This document shows, one piece after another, positions 60,476-64,000 of a stretch of DNA of 64,000 nt. The notes beneath the pieces were generated by a model that saw only the letters and a list, made by a program, of their open reading frames with translations, ran no database searches and had not been told where the DNA came from. This stretch comes from Squalus acanthias. Its lineage: Eukaryota. The position numbers and the translations under genes were made by a program. The stretch lies in contig JASTWF010000034.1 of assembly GCA_030390025.1 (NCBI GenBank), positions 3,348,001-3,412,000 on the forward strand, in the 5' to 3' direction. The first letter of the stretch is position 1. Every line of letters starts with the position of its first letter.

Positions 60476-61745
60476 TGTAGGGTGTGGTATTGGGTTCAGC
60501 CGTCACCTCTGACTCAGTGAGCGGTTCGAATCGATCCCACACCCCTGGTTCCTAGACTTTGGAATTATTTACGGGTCGTGAACAAAGATTCAGTAGACAA
60601 CAGGTTCTGATGAAATAATTCTAATTTTAATAAAATAAAAAGGTAACAAACTTAAAACACACTTAATACTTGAACACAGGTTGGGGAACACACGGTACAG
60701 TCGAGGGAGACCGACAATATACAAAAAAAACCTTGCCCATCCCAAAAATCCCACTATCTAGCTAGGTTTTGGTTTCAGGAGATCAGGGATAATGCTCACC
60801 GAACGAATCCTTGAGAGTTGAGAGTTATGGTTTAGAGTCTTTTGAGTAAAAGGTTTCGTAAGGCCCTTGTTGCCGCGAGGTGTCCGATGGTCACTGAGGC
60901 AGTCGCGCTGGTTTCTTCTTGTGTGTTGGCCTGTTTCTGAAGTTGTTGGCCTTCTTTCCTCCTTCTCCTCGTGTCTTGTGGTGTCTTTGCTGGAGCAGTG
61001 CTGAGAGAGAGAGAGAGAGAGAGCTGTGCGAGCGTTGAGTGCGTTGTCAGCGAGTCCAGAGAGAGAGTCTTGTGACATTAGGCCCCCATTTATACTTTCC
61101 TTTTCGCGCCCAAAACCCCTTACTAAAACGGTTTCCTTTAGATTTCAAATGAGCCCTGTTTACTCCATTGTCTTAGTTTTGGCGGGCTTGTCAGTTTCGA
61201 TGGCTTTAACTTGGTGTTAAACATGTCCTGATAGCTTCCGATTTAGGCAAGGCATTTATCTACGCGCCAAATCTTGTCCCTATTGTCCTAGGTTTTTGGC
61301 GCACTTAAAATCTGTCTTGTGTATACCTGGTTGATTGGTTTTTGATGAAGTAAATCGGGGCACTAAATGTTTTATTGATTTCAGGCTTCTGGTATCATGT
61401 TTGGGCCTGGGAATTTCAAAAGAGGTCTTGGATTATTCATATTTCGATGTGTGTGTGATGCTTTTGGGTTTGTCTCTTCCTTCTTGGTAGGAAGGCAGTG
61501 TAAACACATTCCCAGACAGCTTGATTGGGCCCCAATACCCAAAGCTGTCCACTGCCAGGCAACGCCCCTCCACAGCCTCTCGGTGTCTGTGAAAGGGGTC
61601 TTTCCCAACAGTAAGATTGAAAAAGTCATTTTCCTCAGGGTTTTTCTTCCCTGATCTTTAAAAATTCCCAAAACTGAGTGTTTTACCTGAAATCACTTCA
61701 CTTAGGGTTCTGTTCGAGTTTCTGGGGGATTTTGCGAAGTCTACA
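60476..61745 (-). mobile_element. Solo LTR, copy 2 (duplicate of 54211-55471)
   Basis: Colinear with copy 1, same TSD TTAT and same flanking satellite variants; offset 6265 bp. Confidence 0.85.
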
Positions 61746-64000
61746 TTATTCCCAGGTGTAGAGTGTATCATGTCGAAATTTAAAATTAACTGTAACTTTA
61801 TTTCCCGGTGTAGAGATTATCATGTTAAAAAAATGACTAACTTTATTCCACAGTGTAGAGGGTATCATGTCAATTCAACAATTAAACTGTAACTTTATTC
61901 CCCGGTGTAGAGGATATCATGTCAAATTAACAATTAACTGTAACTTTATTCCCCGGTGTAGAGGGTATCATATCAAATTAACAATTAACTGAAAATTTAT
62001 TTCCCGTTGTAGAGGGTATTATGTCAAAATTAGCAATTAACTGCAACTATATTCCCCGGTGTGGAGGGAATCAGGTCTAAATAAACCATTGAATGTAACT
62101 TTATACCCCTTTGTACAAGGTATCATGTCTAAATTAACAATTAACTGTAACTTTATTCCCCGGTGTAGAGGGTATCATATCAAATTAACAATTAACTGTA
62201 AATTTTTTCCCCGGTGTAGAGGGCATCATTTCAAAATTAACAATTAACTGCAACTTTATTCCCGGAATAAGAGTGGATCATGACTAAATTAACTATTAAC
62301 TGTGACTTTATTCCCCATTGTAGAGGGAATCATTTCAAATTAAATATTAAGTGTAACTATATTCACAGGTGTAGAGGGCATCATGTCAATTTAACAATTA
62401 TCTGTAACTTTATTCCCCGATGTAGAGGGGACCATACCTAAATTAACAATTAACTGTAACTATATTCCCCTGTGTAGAAAGTATCATGTCTAAATTAACA
62501 ATTAACTGTAACTTTATTCCCCGGTGTAGAGGGGACCATATCTAAATTAACAATTAACTGTAACGTTATTCCCCGGTGTAGAGGGTATCTTGTCTAAAAT
62601 AACAATTAGCTGTAACTATATTCCCCTGTGTTGAAATTATCATGTCTAAATTAACAATTAACTGTAACTTTATTCCCAGGTGCAGAGGGGACCATGTCTA
62701 AATTAACAATTAACTGTAACGTTATTCCACGGTGTAGAGGGTATCATTTCAAATTAAATATTAAGTGTAACTTTATTCCCCGGTGTAGAGGGTATCCTAC
62801 CAAATTAACAATTAACTGTAACCTTATATCCTCAGTGTAGAGGGTATGATGTCATATTTAACAATTAATTGTAACTTTATACCCTGGTGTGCAGGGTATC
62901 ATGTCAAATTACCAATTGACAGTAACTTTATTCCCTGGTGTGGTGGGAAACTTTTCTTAATTTACTTAAACTGTAACTTTATTCCACAGTGTGGAGCGAA
63001 ACATATCTAAATTAACAAATAACTGTACATTTATTCCACTGTGTAAAAGGTAACATATCTAAATTAACAATTAGCTGCAACTTTATTCACCGTTGCAGAG
63101 GTCGTCGTTTCAAATTAAATATTAAGTGCAACTGTTTTTACTGGTGTAGAGGGCATCATGTCAAATTAACAATTAACTGTAACTTTATATCCTCAGCATA
63201 GATGGTATCATGACATATTAACAATTAACATTAACTTTATTCCACGGTGTAGAGGGCATCATGTCTAATTAACATTTAACTGTAGCCTTATTCCTCGGTG
63301 TAGTGGGTATCATATCTAAATTAATAATTTAATGTAACTTTATTCCCCGGTTCAGAGGTTGTCATGTAACATTAACAATCAACTGTAATATTGTTCCCCA
63401 GTGTAGAGGGTATCATGTAAAATTAACAATCAACTGAAACTTTATTCCCCAGTGTAGGGGTTTTAATGACATATTAAAAAATAACTTTAAATATATTCCC
63501 CAGTTTAGTGGGCATCATGTCAAATTAACAATTAACTCTAACTTTATTCCCTGGTGTAGAGTGTATCATATCAAATTAACAAGTAACTGTTACTGTAGTC
63601 CCCGGTGTAGAGGGAATAATTTCTAAATTAACAATTAACAGTAACTTTTTCCCGGTGTAGAGGGTATCATGTTAAATTAAAAATTAACTGTATCTTTACT
63701 CCTTGTTGTAGAGGGCATCATGTTTAAATTAATAATTTACTGTAACTTTATTCCCCGGTGTAGAGGTTATCAAGTCTTATTAATAATTGACTAGCACAGT
63801 ATTCCCCGGTGTAAAGGGTATCATGTCAAATTCACAATCAACTGTAACTTTATTCCCCGGTGTAGAGGGCTTCATGTCAAAATTAACAATTAATTGTAAA
63901 TTTATTCCCCGGTGTAGAGGGTATCATGTCTAAATTAACAACGAACTGTAACTATATCCCCCGGTGTTGAGGGAATCCTGTCTAAATTAACAATTAACAA

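Larger units (their letters stand above)
38310..64000 (+). repeat. 51-52-bp AT-rich satellite, roughly 440 diverged units, running off the window
   Basis: Unit aaattaacaattaactgtaactttattccccggtgtagagggtatcatgtc(t), with recurring strings of variant monomers. Confidence 0.98.

Noticed and set aside
54211..61745. Two LTRs 6.3 kb apart as the ends of one provirus
   Set aside because: Each copy has its own TSD on both sides, the interior is pure satellite, and there is no PBS, PPT or gag/pol.
40043..62247. Cys/His-rich ORFs (CNFIPRCRGHH) resembling zinc fingers
   Set aside because: They are translations of the 51-bp satellite and lack C2H2 spacing.
38310..64000. Monomer core TTTATTCCCCGGTGTAGAGGG(AA) loosely resembles a type I-E CRISPR repeat
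   Set aside because: The intervening sequence is itself repeated, so there are no unique spacers; there are no cas genes and the context is vertebrate.

Overview
Repeat-dominated vertebrate genomic DNA, most likely from a cartilaginous fish: it carries an HE1-type V-SINE with its CR1 partner tail, a Deu-domain SINE, Penelope-like pLTR relics and a GPR139/142-like exon. The only recognisable host coding sequence is the large terminal exon of that class-A GPCR (12437-13338), whose first exon was not found. Five tandem arrays are present (79, 27, 30-34, ~65 and 51-52 bp units). Mobile elements include several CR1 LINE copies (one with an open 831-aa ORF2), two decayed Harbinger/PIF transposons with convergent Myb-like and transposase genes, two solo-LTR families and one complete young Ty3/Gypsy element (20186-24630). 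The best candidate for an unusual system is that Gypsy element: it has no tRNA primer-binding site, has an exact 11-nt complementarity between the PBS position and its own LTR (Tf1-style self-priming signature), has YLDN instead of YxDD in RT and shows no chromodomain. Family names come from recognising motifs by eye; no database search was run.
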